The position numbers and the translations under genes were made by a program. Shown piece by piece: positions 27,432-36,652 of a stretch of DNA of 41,907 nucleotides; the first letter of the stretch is position 1, and every line of letters begins with the position of its first letter. The stretch spans positions 1 through 41,907 of the forward strand of contig DATFEO010000061.1 in assembly GCA_035250985.1 (NCBI GenBank). The letters are read 5' to 3'. The DNA comes from Sphingomicrobium sp. GTDB taxonomy: Bacteria > Pseudomonadota > Alphaproteobacteria > Sphingomonadales > Sphingomonadaceae. A model generated the notes under the pieces. That model made no database searches. It was not told where the DNA came from and saw nothing but the letters and a program-made list of their open reading frames with translations.

Positions 27432-28192
27432 TCCCGCCCGGATAGCTGGACGTAGATCCGCGCCAGCATGACGACGAAACCGATCGTGAAGATCGCCGTC
27501 ACCAGCTGCGTCGCGAGCGCGATCAAAAGCGCCGCCAGGCTCATCGGCTCCACCTGGCCGACGAACAGGCCGACGATCGATCCGATCACTGCTCCGACCG
27601 CGATATAGAGCACCAGCACGGCGACGATGCTGACCAGAAGGAAAGCGAACAACCGCCACCAATGACCGCGCGAAAGCGCCCAACTGCGCTTGAGAAGCGT
27701 CGGCGGCCCTGCCGCTTCCTGGCTCGCGACAGCGACCAGCAGGCAAAGTCGCACGAAGATGAACAGCCCGATTGCGAACAGCAGCAGGAATCCAAGCGCC
27801 GCCGCCACGCTCGGCTGCGCGCGGGTTATATGCGGCGCCAGCAGTGCGAAGCCGAAGGCAAAGGGCAATATCCAGACCATTACTGCGGCCACATAAGAAG
27901 GAGCTCGCGCCGCTCCGTGACGGATCGAGTCTGAAACCCTCAGCCCGTGCGTGGTGGCAAGGCGCACGATGGCCAGCTGGCCGATTACACCGATCAGGAG
28001 CGCGACGAACGCCACGATCATCCATGCGCCTGGCTCGGGAAGCTCTCCCGGCGGCGCCGGCGGAGTCACCAGGTCGGAAATGGTGCCGGGCAGGACAAGC
28101 AACGCCAGGGCCACGGTTCCGATCAGCTTGCCGTCGCGCGACAGGACGCTTTTGGTTTCGTCCCAGGCCCTCGATAAGGACAATTTCGCCAC
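27395..28192 (-). CDS. Multi-pass hypothetical membrane protein (GDPD-membrane-domain-like)
   Basis: Six hydrophobic helices, [15 protein letters not shown] motif, YVQL near C-terminus; SD GAGGGAG before GTG. Confidence 0.75.
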   Translation of the reverse strand: MAKLSLSRAWDETKSVLSRDGKLIGTVALALLVLPGTISDLVTPPAPPGELPEPGAWMIVAFVALLIGVIGQLAIVRLATTHGLRVSDSIRHGAARAPSYVAAVMVWILPFAFGFALLAPHITRAQPSVAAALGFLLLFAIGLFIFVRLCLLVAVASQEAAGPPTLLKRSWALSRGHWWRLFAFLLVSIVAVLVLYIAVGAVIGSIVGLFVGQVEPMSLAALLIALATQLVTAIFTIGFVVMLARIYVQLSGRDHAAVSVPSSGT

Positions 28193-28301
28193 GCACCGTC
28201 TCCCTCGCTGGTCGCGCGCCCTTATGCGAACGGACCGCGCCCCATGCAATCACCATGCAATCGCGCTTGCGAGTCCGCATTCGGCGCGCCATCTGGCGAT
28301 C

Positions 28302-28964
28302 ATGAAGGAGATTGCGGGTGTCGAATGGCGGGTCACTCCCGGCCTGACGCCTTATGAGGCTGCCCTCGCCGAGATGGAGCAGCGCGCCGCCGCGGTCCGC
28401 GCCGGTGAAGCGCGCGAGCTAGTCTGGCTGCTGGAGCACCCGCCACTGTTCACCGCCGGGACCAGCGCGGCCAGGGACGAGCTTTTGAACCCGATGCATT
28501 TCCCGGTACATGAAGCCGGCCGCGGCGGGCGATACACCTATCATGGGCCCGGCCAGCGGGTCGGCTACCTCATGCTCGACCTTGACCGGCGCGGCCGCGA
28601 CATCCGCTGCTTCGTCCATGCGCTCGAAGGCTGGCTGATCGCTGCCCTGGCTCAATTGGGCGTAAACGCGCGCCGTGAGCCGGGCCGCATCGGCCTGTGG
28701 GTCGGCAGTGGCGGGAGCGAGGCCAAGATCGCCGCGATCGGCGTCCGCGTGAAGCGCTGGGTGACGCTTCACGGCTTCTCGGTGAACGTCGCGCCGGAGC
28801 TAGCGCACTTCTCGGGCATCGTCCCCTGCGGCATCCGTGAATATGGGGTTACCAGCCTGGAAGCGCTCGGCGCGGGCACGGATTTGGCCGCTTTGGACAC
28901 GGCTCTGGCGGCCAATTTTCGCGGTTTTCTGGCGGAATTGCGCTGCCGTGACAAAGTGCCTTGA
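28302..28964 (+). CDS. lipB: Octanoyltransferase LipB
   Basis: [42 protein letters not shown]. Confidence 0.96.
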   Translation: MKEIAGVEWRVTPGLTPYEAALAEMEQRAAAVRAGEARELVWLLEHPPLFTAGTSAARDELLNPMHFPVHEAGRGGRYTYHGPGQRVGYLMLDLDRRGRDIRCFVHALEGWLIAALAQLGVNARREPGRIGLWVGSGGSEAKIAAIGVRVKRWVTLHGFSVNVAPELAHFSGIVPCGIREYGVTSLEALGAGTDLAALDTALAANFRGFLAELRCRDKVP

Positions 28965-28989
28965 GGCATCCAAACCTTGCGACTATTGT
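28961..28989 (+). promoter_or_regulatory. sigma70-like promoter for the small lipoprotein
   Basis: TTGAGG-N17-TATTGT. Confidence 0.55.
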
Positions 28990-29051
28990 GCCCCGCGATT
29001 TGAGGGCGGGGGACCCCTTGCTCCAGATCAAAGATAATTAGGGAGTTTTGA

Positions 29052-29291
29052 ATGCGTGCTCTTATCCTGGTCGCTGGTGCGGCCTTGGTTCTTTCGGCTT
29101 GCAGCAAGCAGGAAGCAGCTGACAACACCATGAACGTCGATGAGACCATGACCACCAATGAGGTCCTGGCCAACGACACCGCCATGGACATGAACGCGGT
29201 TGACGCCAACATGTCGATGGACGCGAATGCGATGGACGCCAACGCGATGGACGCGAACGCGACCGACGCCAACACCACCAACGCCCAGTAA
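29052..29291 (+). CDS. Small Asn/Asp/Met-rich repeat lipoprotein (79 aa)
   Basis: SD GGGGAG; lipobox LSAC; MDANA repeats. Confidence 0.85.
   Translation: MRALILVAGAALVLSACSKQEAADNTMNVDETMTTNEVLANDTAMDMNAVDANMSMDANAMDANAMDANATDANTTNAQ
29184..29276 (+). repeat. Imperfect 15-bp coding tandem repeat (MDANA units)
   Basis: ATGGACGCGAATGCG / ATGGACGCCAACGCG / ATGGACGCGAACGCG / ACCGACGCCAACACC plus degenerate upstream units. Confidence 0.85.
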
Positions 29292-29330
29292 GCGCTTGGA
29301 CGCCTCCTGTTTCGGAGGCGTTGGCATTTT

Positions 29331-29364
29331 AAGAGGCTGCCGGTACATGCCGGCAGCCTCTTTT
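29331..29364 (+). terminator. Intrinsic terminator after small lipoprotein (a second hairpin lies at 29300-29321)
   Basis: AAGAGGCTGCCGG-TACATG-CCGGCAGCCTCTT followed by TT. Confidence 0.75.
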
Positions 29365-29387
29365 CAGTGACCCGCCGGAGTTTTTGC

Positions 29388-29750
29388 ATGCGCCTGGTTG
29401 CCCTTGCTCTCGCCGCCTCGTCCCTGGCGCTCGCTGGCTGCGGCGAGAAGGAAGCGGCCGGCAACACCGCCGCTGTTGACCAGGCAGTGACCGCCGAGGA
29501 TTTCGCGACCAACGATGCGACCGCGATCGACGCAGCCACCGGCGCCGACGCCAACATGGCGGCGGACGTCGACATCAATTTCATCGCCAATGACAGTGAT
29601 ACGAACGGCACAGCGCCGAGCGTCGGCCGCAGCGCTTCCAGCAGCCGCTCGCGTCCGAGCGGAACCAACGCCGCCGCCCCGGCCGATGAACCTCAGCCTC
29701 CAGCGGCCGAGCCGACGGCCAGCCCGCCTGCCGAAACCAACGCCAACTAG
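29388..29750 (+). CDS. Low-complexity lipoprotein, related to the upstream one
   Basis: SD GGAG; lipobox LAGC; NDATAIDA..DANM segment; Pro/Ala/Ser-rich tail. Confidence 0.8.
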   Translation: MRLVALALAASSLALAGCGEKEAAGNTAAVDQAVTAEDFATNDATAIDAATGADANMAADVDINFIANDSDTNGTAPSVGRSASSSRSRPSGTNAAAPADEPQPPAAEPTASPPAETNAN

Positions 29751-30379
29751 GGCAATCCGAGGACCTTGTGCGCCTGCAGCGACAGGCGCCATTTCGGTCG
29801 CTCCATGGCGAGCGCGATCGCCGCGTCCATCGCCGCCTCGCGGTCGGCGCAGTCCATCGGCTGCACCAGGAAATGCTCGAAGTCCCAAAGCTCGAGCTCG
29901 GCCGGATCGATCCCGGCCTGCGGCCAGACCAGCTTCAGTTCGTCGCCCCGGCGCTGGACGACGTCCGTGCCCGCCTTGGGGCTGACGCACAGCCAGTCGA
30001 TCCCCGCCGTCGCATTGAGCGTACCGTTGCTCTCCACCGCCACGCGGAATCCCCGCTCGTGCAGCGCACCGACCAGCGCCTCGTCCAGCTGCAGCATGGG
30101 TTCGCCGCCTGTAATTACCACCAGCCTGCCGTCGCCCAGTTCGCCCCACAGCCGCTCGACATGGTCGGCGAGCGCGTCAGCGTCGGCGAACTTGCCGCCA
30201 CCCGGCCCGTCGGTGCCGACGAAGTCGGTGTCGCAAAAATTGCACTGGGCGGCGGCGCGGTCGGCTTCCCGCCCGCTCCACAAATTGCATCCGGCGAAGC
30301 GCAGGAAGACGGCTCGGCTGCCGCTCTGCATGCCCTCGCCCTGCAGCGTCAGGAAGGTTTCCTTGACCGCGTAGCTCAT
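29747..30379 (-). CDS. queE: 7-carboxy-7-deazaguanine synthase (radical SAM)
   Basis: [15 protein letters not shown]-x14-type C..CNFCDT cluster motif, TGGEP, VSPK, LSLQAHK; ATGA overlap with queC. Confidence 0.95.
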   Translation of the reverse strand: MSYAVKETFLTLQGEGMQSGSRAVFLRFAGCNLWSGREADRAAAQCNFCDTDFVGTDGPGGGKFADADALADHVERLWGELGDGRLVVITGGEPMLQLDEALVGALHERGFRVAVESNGTLNATAGIDWLCVSPKAGTDVVQRRGDELKLVWPQAGIDPAELELWDFEHFLVQPMDCADREAAMDAAIALAMERPKWRLSLQAHKVLGLP

Positions 30380-31065
30380 GCGTAGATCGTCGGGTCCGGA
30401 AGCCCGGCCTCCTCGAATCCCTTGGCCCGCAGCCGGCAGGCATCGCACTCGCCGCAGGCGCTGCCGTCAGCCGCCGGGTCGTAGCAGCTGTGGCTCAGCG
30501 ATGCGTCGAGCTCGAGCCGCGCCGCCTCGCGGACGATATCGGCCTTGGTCATGTGCTGAAGCGGCGCGTGGACGGTGAAGGGATCGCCCTCGACCCCGGC
30601 CTTGGTCGCAAGGTTGGCCAGCTCCTGGAACGCGGCGATGAATTCCGGACGGCAGTCGGGATAGCCGGAATAGTCGAGTGCATTGACGCCGACGAACAAG
30701 TCGCGCGCGCCGGCCGCTTCGGCCCAGGCGAGCGCCAGGCTCAGGAACACCGTGTTGCGGGCCGGCACGTAAGTGACCGGAATGCCCTCCTGTCCATTGG
30801 CGCCGATACCTTGCTTGGGCACGGCGATGTCGCCGGTCAGCGCGGAACCGCCGAAAGCGCTCAAGTCGATCGGCAGGATCAGGTGGCGGTCGGCGAGGCC
30901 GGCGGCGATGCGCTTCGCCGCCTCCAGCTCGACCCGGTGTCGCTGGCGATAATCGACCGTCAACGCCAGCACTTCGAACCCGGCCTCGCGGGCGAGCCCC
31001 GCGCAGACCATGGAATCGAGGCCGCCCGACAGCAGCACCACCGCGGATTTTCGGTTCGGCAACAC
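30376..31065 (-). CDS. queC: 7-cyano-7-deazaguanine synthase
   Basis: [37 protein letters not shown]; start uncertain (GTG 31065 or TTG 31062). Confidence 0.96.
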   Translation of the reverse strand: MLPNRKSAVVLLSGGLDSMVCAGLAREAGFEVLALTVDYRQRHRVELEAAKRIAAGLADRHLILPIDLSAFGGSALTGDIAVPKQGIGANGQEGIPVTYVPARNTVFLSLALAWAEAAGARDLFVGVNALDYSGYPDCRPEFIAAFQELANLATKAGVEGDPFTVHAPLQHMTKADIVREAARLELDASLSHSCYDPAADGSACGECDACRLRAKGFEEAGLPDPTIYA

Positions 31066-31092
31066 GGGGCGGGCATCTAGGCCCTTGCGCGC

Positions 31093-31190
31093 ACAAAAAG
31101 AAGGGCCCGCCGGAGCGGGCCCAGTTTCGGGCGGAACAAGCGCCCGATAGGGAGGAAAGCGTGCCAAAAAAACCGGCACGAGTCTGTCCT
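31093..31190 (-). ncRNA. Candidate structured small RNA or leader with three hairpins and a terminator
   Basis: Minus strand: CGUGCC/GGCACG hairpin, single-stranded CUUUCCUCCCU, UCGGGCG/CGCCCGA hairpin, GGGCCCGC-UCCG-GCGGGCCC followed by UUCUUUUU. Confidence 0.6.
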
Positions 31191-31214
31191 AACCGATTGT
31201 GGTTAAACGAGAGC

Positions 31215-31616
31215 TTAATGAACCGGGCAATCTCCGACCCGTCGCGCATGCAGCGTGTAGTTGAACGGCAGTCCGTCCGAGATGCCCTGGGTCTCGATGC
31301 GAAGCGTCCTCGGCGTGATGACCTTCATCTTCGACTGGCCGAAACCGGCGCCTGGGCAGGTGTAATGAACCACCGACTCGGTCGCGGTCGATGAGACGAC
31401 GGTACGCGTGCACCTGGCGTTGCGATGCTCCCATTGCGCCAGCACGGCCGCTGCGGGCACGCATTTTCTTTCGGCATTGGCGCCGGTCGCGGAGCGGCTG
31501 ACCTCCCATAGTCCGCCGGAGCCGGCGATGATCGGCGGCAGGGTCGCCGCGCCCAGCATCAGCGCCGCCAGGCCCAATCCGACCGGCCTTAAGATTCGCG
31601 TAACTGGCATTCGCAT
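31215..31616 (-). CDS. Exported DUF3617-like protein
   Basis: Signal peptide, GLWEV, four Cys, C-terminal ARRVGDC. Confidence 0.75.
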   Translation of the reverse strand: MRMPVTRILRPVGLGLAALMLGAATLPPIIAGSGGLWEVSRSATGANAERKCVPAAAVLAQWEHRNARCTRTVVSSTATESVVHYTCPGAGFGQSKMKVITPRTLRIETQGISDGLPFNYTLHARRVGDCPVH

Positions 31617-31626
31617 GCTCGCATAT

Positions 31627-31640
31627 TAAACGAACGTTTA
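31627..31640. promoter_or_regulatory. Operator-like inverted repeat
   Basis: TAAACG-AA-CGTTTA in an AT-rich spacer 11 bp upstream of the DUF3617-like start. Confidence 0.5.
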
Positions 31641-31667
31641 TGAATAAAATCTAGACGGTCGTTGGCC

Positions 31668-32567
31668 CTACGCAACGTCTTCGAGCGCAATCGGAAAATC
31701 CGTTGCACAGAAAGCGCAATCGACGCGGATGAAGCCGTCATCGCCGACCATCGCCGCCCTTTCCTCGGGCGGGAAGCGGGCGATCACCGACTTCACATAG
31801 TCGGGATCGCAGCGGCAGCCACGGGCCAGCCTCACTGGCTCCAGCGTCCGAACTTCCTCCTCCTCGTGAAACAGCCGCCAGGCGAGATCCTCGAGCGGCA
31901 GCGCCGGATCGGTAAGCTCTTCATCCTTCACCGATCCGGCGAGAATGGCGACGTGCGGCCATTCCGGATGATCGAGCCGGGTGTGCAGCCGATCACGCCC
32001 CTCCTCGCCTTCGGGAAGGTGCTGGAACAGCAGGCCGCCGGCGACCCAGCCGTCTTGGCCCTTGGTCGCCGCCAGCCGGACGATGCTCGGGATCTGCTCG
32101 GACTGGGTGAAATAGGATTCGGCGGCATGTGCCAGGCTCTCGCCTTCCAGCGGCACGATGCCCTGGTAGCGCTCGTCGCTCTCCGGCTGGTCAAAGGTGA
32201 TGGCCAAATAGCCGCGGCCGAACAAGGCGAAGAGATTTGGGTTGGGGCCCGCTTCCGCCAGCCGGTCCGGGTCATGACGCACGTAGCCGCGCAGCTCTCC
32301 ACCGAGATAATCGCAGACAAGCAGGTCGACGATCCCGTTCTCGGTCTGCGCCTGCAGCGTCATCTGGCCGCCGGGATCCTTGAGCAGCGAGCCGAGCAGA
32401 GCCGTCAGCGCCAGCGCCTCGGCGAGCAACTGCTCGATGACCGGCGGATAGCCGTGATTGGCGAGGATGGCGTCGAGCGACGGGCCGAGGCGGGCCAGCC
32501 GGCCCCGTGCATGGCGCGAGGGAATGGTGACGCCAAGCGCCGTGTCGAGGTCGGTCTGATCAGTCAT
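31668..32567 (-). CDS. hslO: Hsp33 redox-regulated chaperone
   Basis: H.YP, RYQGIVPL, YF.QSEQIP, CRC...CAFC zinc motif. Confidence 0.95.
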   Translation of the reverse strand: MTDQTDLDTALGVTIPSRHARGRLARLGPSLDAILANHGYPPVIEQLLAEALALTALLGSLLKDPGGQMTLQAQTENGIVDLLVCDYLGGELRGYVRHDPDRLAEAGPNPNLFALFGRGYLAITFDQPESDERYQGIVPLEGESLAHAAESYFTQSEQIPSIVRLAATKGQDGWVAGGLLFQHLPEGEEGRDRLHTRLDHPEWPHVAILAGSVKDEELTDPALPLEDLAWRLFHEEEEVRTLEPVRLARGCRCDPDYVKSVIARFPPEERAAMVGDDGFIRVDCAFCATDFPIALEDVA

Positions 32568-32600
32568 GGGAGACCGTCAGGTAGGAAGCCTTTTCCCTCC

Positions 32601-33524
32601 TCACAACTTCCCCAGGCACCATAGCAACAGGCTCTTCTGCGCATGCAGGCGATTCTCCGCCTCGTCCCAGACCGCGGATGCCGGGCCATCCATAACCGCG
32701 TCCACGACCTCCTCCCCGCGGTGGGCCGGCAGGCAATGGAGGAAGATGGCGTTGGTCGCGGCAGACGCCATCAGCGCCTCGTCGACGCGATATGGCTCCA
32801 TCTGGGCGACTTTCTGCGCGCTTTCCGCTTGGCCCATTGACGTCCAGGTGTCTGTGACGACGACTTCCGCGCCTGCCACCGCCTCGCGCGGATCGCGGAC
32901 GATCGGCACCGTGCAACCGCGCGCCGCCGCGGCCTGCAGCACGTCCATGTCGGGCTCATGGCCGGCGGGACAGGCAAGCTTCAGCTCGAAATGCAGCAGC
33001 GAGGCGGCCTCGACCAGCGAGTTGCAGACATTGTTGCCGTCGCCCAGCCATGCCCAGCGGCTGCCGGCTAGCTTCGCCGTCTTCTCGATAACCGTCAGCA
33101 TGTCGGCCAGCAGCTGGCAGGGGTGCGACAAATCGGTGAGCCCATTGATCACCGGCACGCTTGCATGGCGCGCCAGCTCCTCCGCCTTGGCATGGTCGTC
33201 GGTGCGGATCATGATGGCATCGGCATAGCGCGAGAGAACGCGGGCGGTGTCGGCGCGACTCTCGCCGCGTCCCAGCTGGCTCGATCCGCCCTCGAGGATG
33301 ATGGCGCTGCCGCCAAGCTGTCGCATCGCCAGGTCGAAGCTGACTCGCGTGCGGGTGGAGGATTTCTCGAAAATCATCGCCAGCACATGGCCGGCGAGCG
33401 GCGCGTCGGCGTCGGCCTCGCCCTTGGGCAGTCCGGAACGCGCCGTCTTGCGTTCCTGCGCATCGTTGAGAATGGCGGCGATCGCCTCGCCGCCCGCGTC
33501 GGCGAGGTTGAGGAAATGCCTCAC
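32601..33524 (-). CDS. argF: Ornithine carbamoyltransferase
   Basis: [37 protein letters not shown]; GTGA overlap with argD. Confidence 0.97.
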   Translation of the reverse strand: MRHFLNLADAGGEAIAAILNDAQERKTARSGLPKGEADADAPLAGHVLAMIFEKSSTRTRVSFDLAMRQLGGSAIILEGGSSQLGRGESRADTARVLSRYADAIMIRTDDHAKAEELARHASVPVINGLTDLSHPCQLLADMLTVIEKTAKLAGSRWAWLGDGNNVCNSLVEAASLLHFELKLACPAGHEPDMDVLQAAAARGCTVPIVRDPREAVAGAEVVVTDTWTSMGQAESAQKVAQMEPYRVDEALMASAATNAIFLHCLPAHRGEEVVDAVMDGPASAVWDEAENRLHAQKSLLLWCLGKL

Positions 33525-34708
33525 GCCGCTTCCGGCACCTCATAGTCCGCCGCCGCCGCCGACAGGCCGTCGATGAACTCGCGGATATGATGCTCCTCGA
33601 TGTCGAGCGGCGGCAGGACTCGGACGACATTGTCGCCTGCGGCCACGGTCAGGATGCCGCGTGTGCGCAGATAGGAAACAAAGGCGCGGCTGTCGGACTT
33701 GAGGCGGATGCCAAGCATCAGGCCGAGGCCGCGGACGCTGTCGAACAGGTGGTCGTGATTGGGAATCATCTGCTCCAGCGCCGAGCGCAGCCGGTCGCCG
33801 GTGGCCCGGACATTGGCCAGGAACTCGTCATTGGCGACGATGTCGAACACCGCCTGCCCTGCCGCCATTGCCAGCGGGTTGCCGCCATAAGTCGATCCGT
33901 GCGTGCCGATCACCATTCCGGCCGCCGCCTTCTCGGTCGCCAGGCAGGCGCCCATCGGGAAGCCACCGCCGATGCCCTTGGCGGAGGCCATGATGTCCGG
34001 AGTGATGCCGTATTGCTCATGGGCATAGAGCGTGCCCGAGCGGGCGACGCCGCACTGCACCTCGTCCAGCACCAGCAGCAAATCATGCTCGTCGCACAGC
34101 GCCCTCAGGCCCTGCAGGAAAGGCTTGCTCGCCGGTCGGATGCCGCCTTCGCCCTGCACCGGCTCGACCAGGAAGCCGGCGGTATTCTCGTCCATCGCCG
34201 CCTTGGCCGCGTCGAGATTGTCGAACTCGACTACCTTGAAGCCAGGCAGCAGCGGCGAGAAGCCGTCGATCATCTTCGGCTGGTCGGTGGCGCTGATGGT
34301 TGCCATCGTACGGCCGTGAAACGCCTGCTTGAACGTGATCAGAGTATGCTTGTGGCGCTGGTCGTGGACATGGTGATAGCGCCGCGCCGTCTTGATTGCG
34401 CACTCGACCGCCTCGACGCCTGAATTGGTGAAGAACACCGTGTCCGCAAAGGTCAGCTCGCAGAGCCTCTTGGCAAACGCCTCACCCTGCGGCGATCCGT
34501 AGAGGTTGGACACGTGCATCAGCTTCGCTGCCTGGTCCTGGATGGCCTTGGTCAGGTGGGGGTGGCCGTGACCGAGGATGTTGACCGCGATGCCGGCCGC
34601 GAAGTCGAGATATTTCTCGCCATTCTCGCCGAACAGATAGGCCCCTTCGCCTCGCACAGGCCGGACGTCCGAACGCGGATAGACAGGCATGAGCGGCGTG
34701 ATGGCCAT
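33521..34708 (-). CDS. argD: Acetylornithine aminotransferase (class III PLP)
   Basis: [43 protein letters not shown]; upstream of argF. Confidence 0.93.
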   Translation of the reverse strand: MAITPLMPVYPRSDVRPVRGEGAYLFGENGEKYLDFAAGIAVNILGHGHPHLTKAIQDQAAKLMHVSNLYGSPQGEAFAKRLCELTFADTVFFTNSGVEAVECAIKTARRYHHVHDQRHKHTLITFKQAFHGRTMATISATDQPKMIDGFSPLLPGFKVVEFDNLDAAKAAMDENTAGFLVEPVQGEGGIRPASKPFLQGLRALCDEHDLLLVLDEVQCGVARSGTLYAHEQYGITPDIMASAKGIGGGFPMGACLATEKAAAGMVIGTHGSTYGGNPLAMAAGQAVFDIVANDEFLANVRATGDRLRSALEQMIPNHDHLFDSVRGLGLMLGIRLKSDSRAFVSYLRTRGILTVAAGDNVVRVLPPLDIEEHHIREFIDGLSAAAADYEVPEAA

Positions 34709-34789
34709 TTGGCGGATTTCCTTCCGGCTGAATGCAAAAGGCGATCCGCTTGGACCGCCCTGGCGGCCTATAGCCATGACGCCGCTCGA

Positions 34790-34821
34790 ACGAAAGGGGC
34801 GCTGCCCGAAGGCAACGCCCC
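34790..34821 (-). terminator. Intrinsic terminator after the secreted hypothetical gene
   Basis: Minus strand GGGGCGTTGCC-TTCG-GGCAGCGCCCC followed by TTTCGT. Confidence 0.75.
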
Positions 34822-34867
34822 TCCCTTACGCCTCACCCGAGGCAACAGCCTCAAAGCTCAGTCGTGG

Positions 34868-35263
34868 TTACCAGCGGTAGCCCCAGCGATTGCCGTCACG
34901 AGCATCGCGGAATAGCCGCTGCTCGAGGCGGACCAGCCGGACCTCGACCGCGCGGGCCTCGTTATAGTTGAGGCCATAGCCGTCGCGGGCGTTGCGGCGC
35001 AGGCGACGCTCGAGGTCACGGCTGTCATCCATCAGCCGAGCCGCTTCGCGGTTGGTGATGATGTTGCGCCGGTCCAGGTTGCGGATCTGGTTCTGCAACC
35101 GGTCGATGCGGACCTGCAGGCTGCGGACATGGCCGTAGTGGTTGTTGTTGTATCCATAGCCATGGCCATACTGCGGGGCGGGCGCCCACTGGGCGGCGGC
35201 GGGAGCCGCCATCGTCAGCGAGGCTGCGGCGACGGCGGCGGGAATCAGGAACTTACGCATCAT
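34868..35263 (-). CDS. Exported Tyr/Gly/Arg-rich hypothetical protein
   Basis: SD AAGGAG; signal peptide ending APAAAQ; two helical pseudo-repeats; YGHGYGY and WGYRW ends. Confidence 0.8.
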   Translation of the reverse strand: MMRKFLIPAAVAAASLTMAAPAAAQWAPAPQYGHGYGYNNNHYGHVRSLQVRIDRLQNQIRNLDRRNIITNREAARLMDDSRDLERRLRRNARDGYGLNYNEARAVEVRLVRLEQRLFRDARDGNRWGYRW

Positions 35264-35745
35264 GCACTCCTTTCGTGCGGTTGATGGCGATGTTCTGCGC
35301 CCTTTGACTTGTTCGGATGCTGAATGCGGCTGTTATCCGGCGTTCACCGAAGTAAAAGTCGAAGTTGTTGGATTTGCTCGTTATTTATTGTTCAGTTAGC
35401 TGGCGTTCAGCAATATTGAACTCGGCTGCTGTGCGGCCTGAACACGGTTGGCCGAATCACTCGTCCGATTCGACTTTCGGCTGAGCCACGCTCCGAGCCG
35501 AATGTTGGATATAAGTAGGATTTCCTCTGCCAGCCTGCGCCGTATGAAACCGGCTCGCGCATTCAAGCTCAACTTGACGTTCTTCCGGCCTCCCCGGATT
35601 TTTCCCGGGAGAAGGTGCGATGCCTGAACTTCCTAAACTTCCGCGGGCGCGCTGCGCGCCCGAGCTGAGGAGCGAACTTCGCGACCTTCCGCCGGAACCT
35701 GATGAGTCCGTGAACCTGTCGAACCCAAGGCCTGTCCGCGTCGGC

Positions 35746-36588
35746 TCAGGCCTTGATCTTCCAGCCGCTTCGCAGCAGCGCGTAGCACAGGGCCCAGAGT
35801 GCGATATTCAGCACCAGCAGTCCGATCGCGCCGACCATCAAAGGCGAGTCCGTCACCTCAAGGAAGCCGTAACGGAAGCCGGAGATCACATAGAAGAAGG
35901 GATTGGCGTGGCTGACCGCCTGGAAGGCAGGCGCCAGCTGCTCGACGGAATAGAAGGTGCCGGAAAGCAGCGACAAAGGCGCGACGACGAAATTGGTGAT
36001 CATCGCCGCATGGTCGAACTTCTCCGCCCATACCGAGGTGACGAGGCCAAGGAAGGCGAGGAGCAAGCTCCCCATCAGCCCGAACCAGAGCGCGGCTCCC
36101 GGATGGCGGACCTCGACCGACACGCCAGGCCACAGCGCCATTGCCAGCCAGACGGCGCCGCCGACCAGGAAGGCGCGGGTCACCGCTGCGCCGACCAGCC
36201 CCGCAATCAGCTCGCCGGTCGACAAGGGCGGCATCAGGTAGTCGACGATCGTCCCCTGGATCTTGCCGACCAGCAGCGAGAAGGAGCTGTTGGCGAAGCT
36301 GTTCTGCAGCATCGCCATCACGATCAGTCCCGGCGCCAGGAAATCGGCGAACGGAGCCCCAAGCACCAGCCTTCCCTCGCGGCCCATGGCGACGGTGAAG
36401 ATCACCAAATACAGCATGGTGGTGACCGCCGGCGCCCAGACGGTTTGCATCTGCACCTTGAAGAAGCGGCGCACCTCCTTGATATAAAGGGTCTTGAGCC
36501 CTCCCCAGTTGACCCCCTGCAGGACTGCTTCGCCCGGCTTGGTCCGGACCCAGGCACTTTGCGGCGAGTTGGAGGACTGGTCGTTCAC
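35746..36588 (-). CDS. ABC-2 type transporter permease (YadH-like)
   Basis: KEVRRFFK, FLAPGL, LSGTFYS, NPFFY.ISGFRYG, SGWKIK. Confidence 0.92.
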   Translation of the reverse strand: MNDQSSNSPQSAWVRTKPGEAVLQGVNWGGLKTLYIKEVRRFFKVQMQTVWAPAVTTMLYLVIFTVAMGREGRLVLGAPFADFLAPGLIVMAMLQNSFANSSFSLLVGKIQGTIVDYLMPPLSTGELIAGLVGAAVTRAFLVGGAVWLAMALWPGVSVEVRHPGAALWFGLMGSLLLAFLGLVTSVWAEKFDHAAMITNFVVAPLSLLSGTFYSVEQLAPAFQAVSHANPFFYVISGFRYGFLEVTDSPLMVGAIGLLVLNIALWALCYALLRSGWKIKA

Positions 36589-36596
36589 GCGTGCTT

Positions 36597-36625
36597 CGCC
36601 TATCGGCTGCCGCGGCGGCCTGCAA
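36597..36625 (-). promoter_or_regulatory. sigma70-like promoter, probably leaderless, for the ABC permease
   Basis: TTGCAG-N17-TAGGCG followed 8 nt later by GTG at 36588. Confidence 0.45.
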
Positions 36626-36652
36626 CATAGACGGTTTGGAGTTTGTTGACTG

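Noticed and set aside
29184-29276. CRISPR-like repeat array
   Set aside because: Spacer-less 15-bp in-frame coding repeats within a lipoprotein gene; no cas genes
29747-31065. queC/queE as a 7-deazaguanine DNA-modification (Dpd) or QatABCD defence system
   Set aside because: Canonical housekeeping-type sequences with no dpdA-like, ATPase or TatD partners nearby
31066-31200. Canonical preQ1 riboswitch upstream of queC
   Set aside because: No preQ1-I stem-loop with A-rich pseudoknot tail on the coding strand; the element is reported as an sRNA candidate instead
35390-35421. Alphaproteobacterial LexA box
   Set aside because: GTTC repeats are spaced by 11 nt or inverted, not GTTC-N7-GTTC
35699-35725. 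CTGATGAGTCCGTGA resembles the start of a hammerhead ribozyme core
   Set aside because: The GGAC partner for stem II and the GAAA core are absent (followed by ACCTGTCGAAC), and no convincing stems I/III were found
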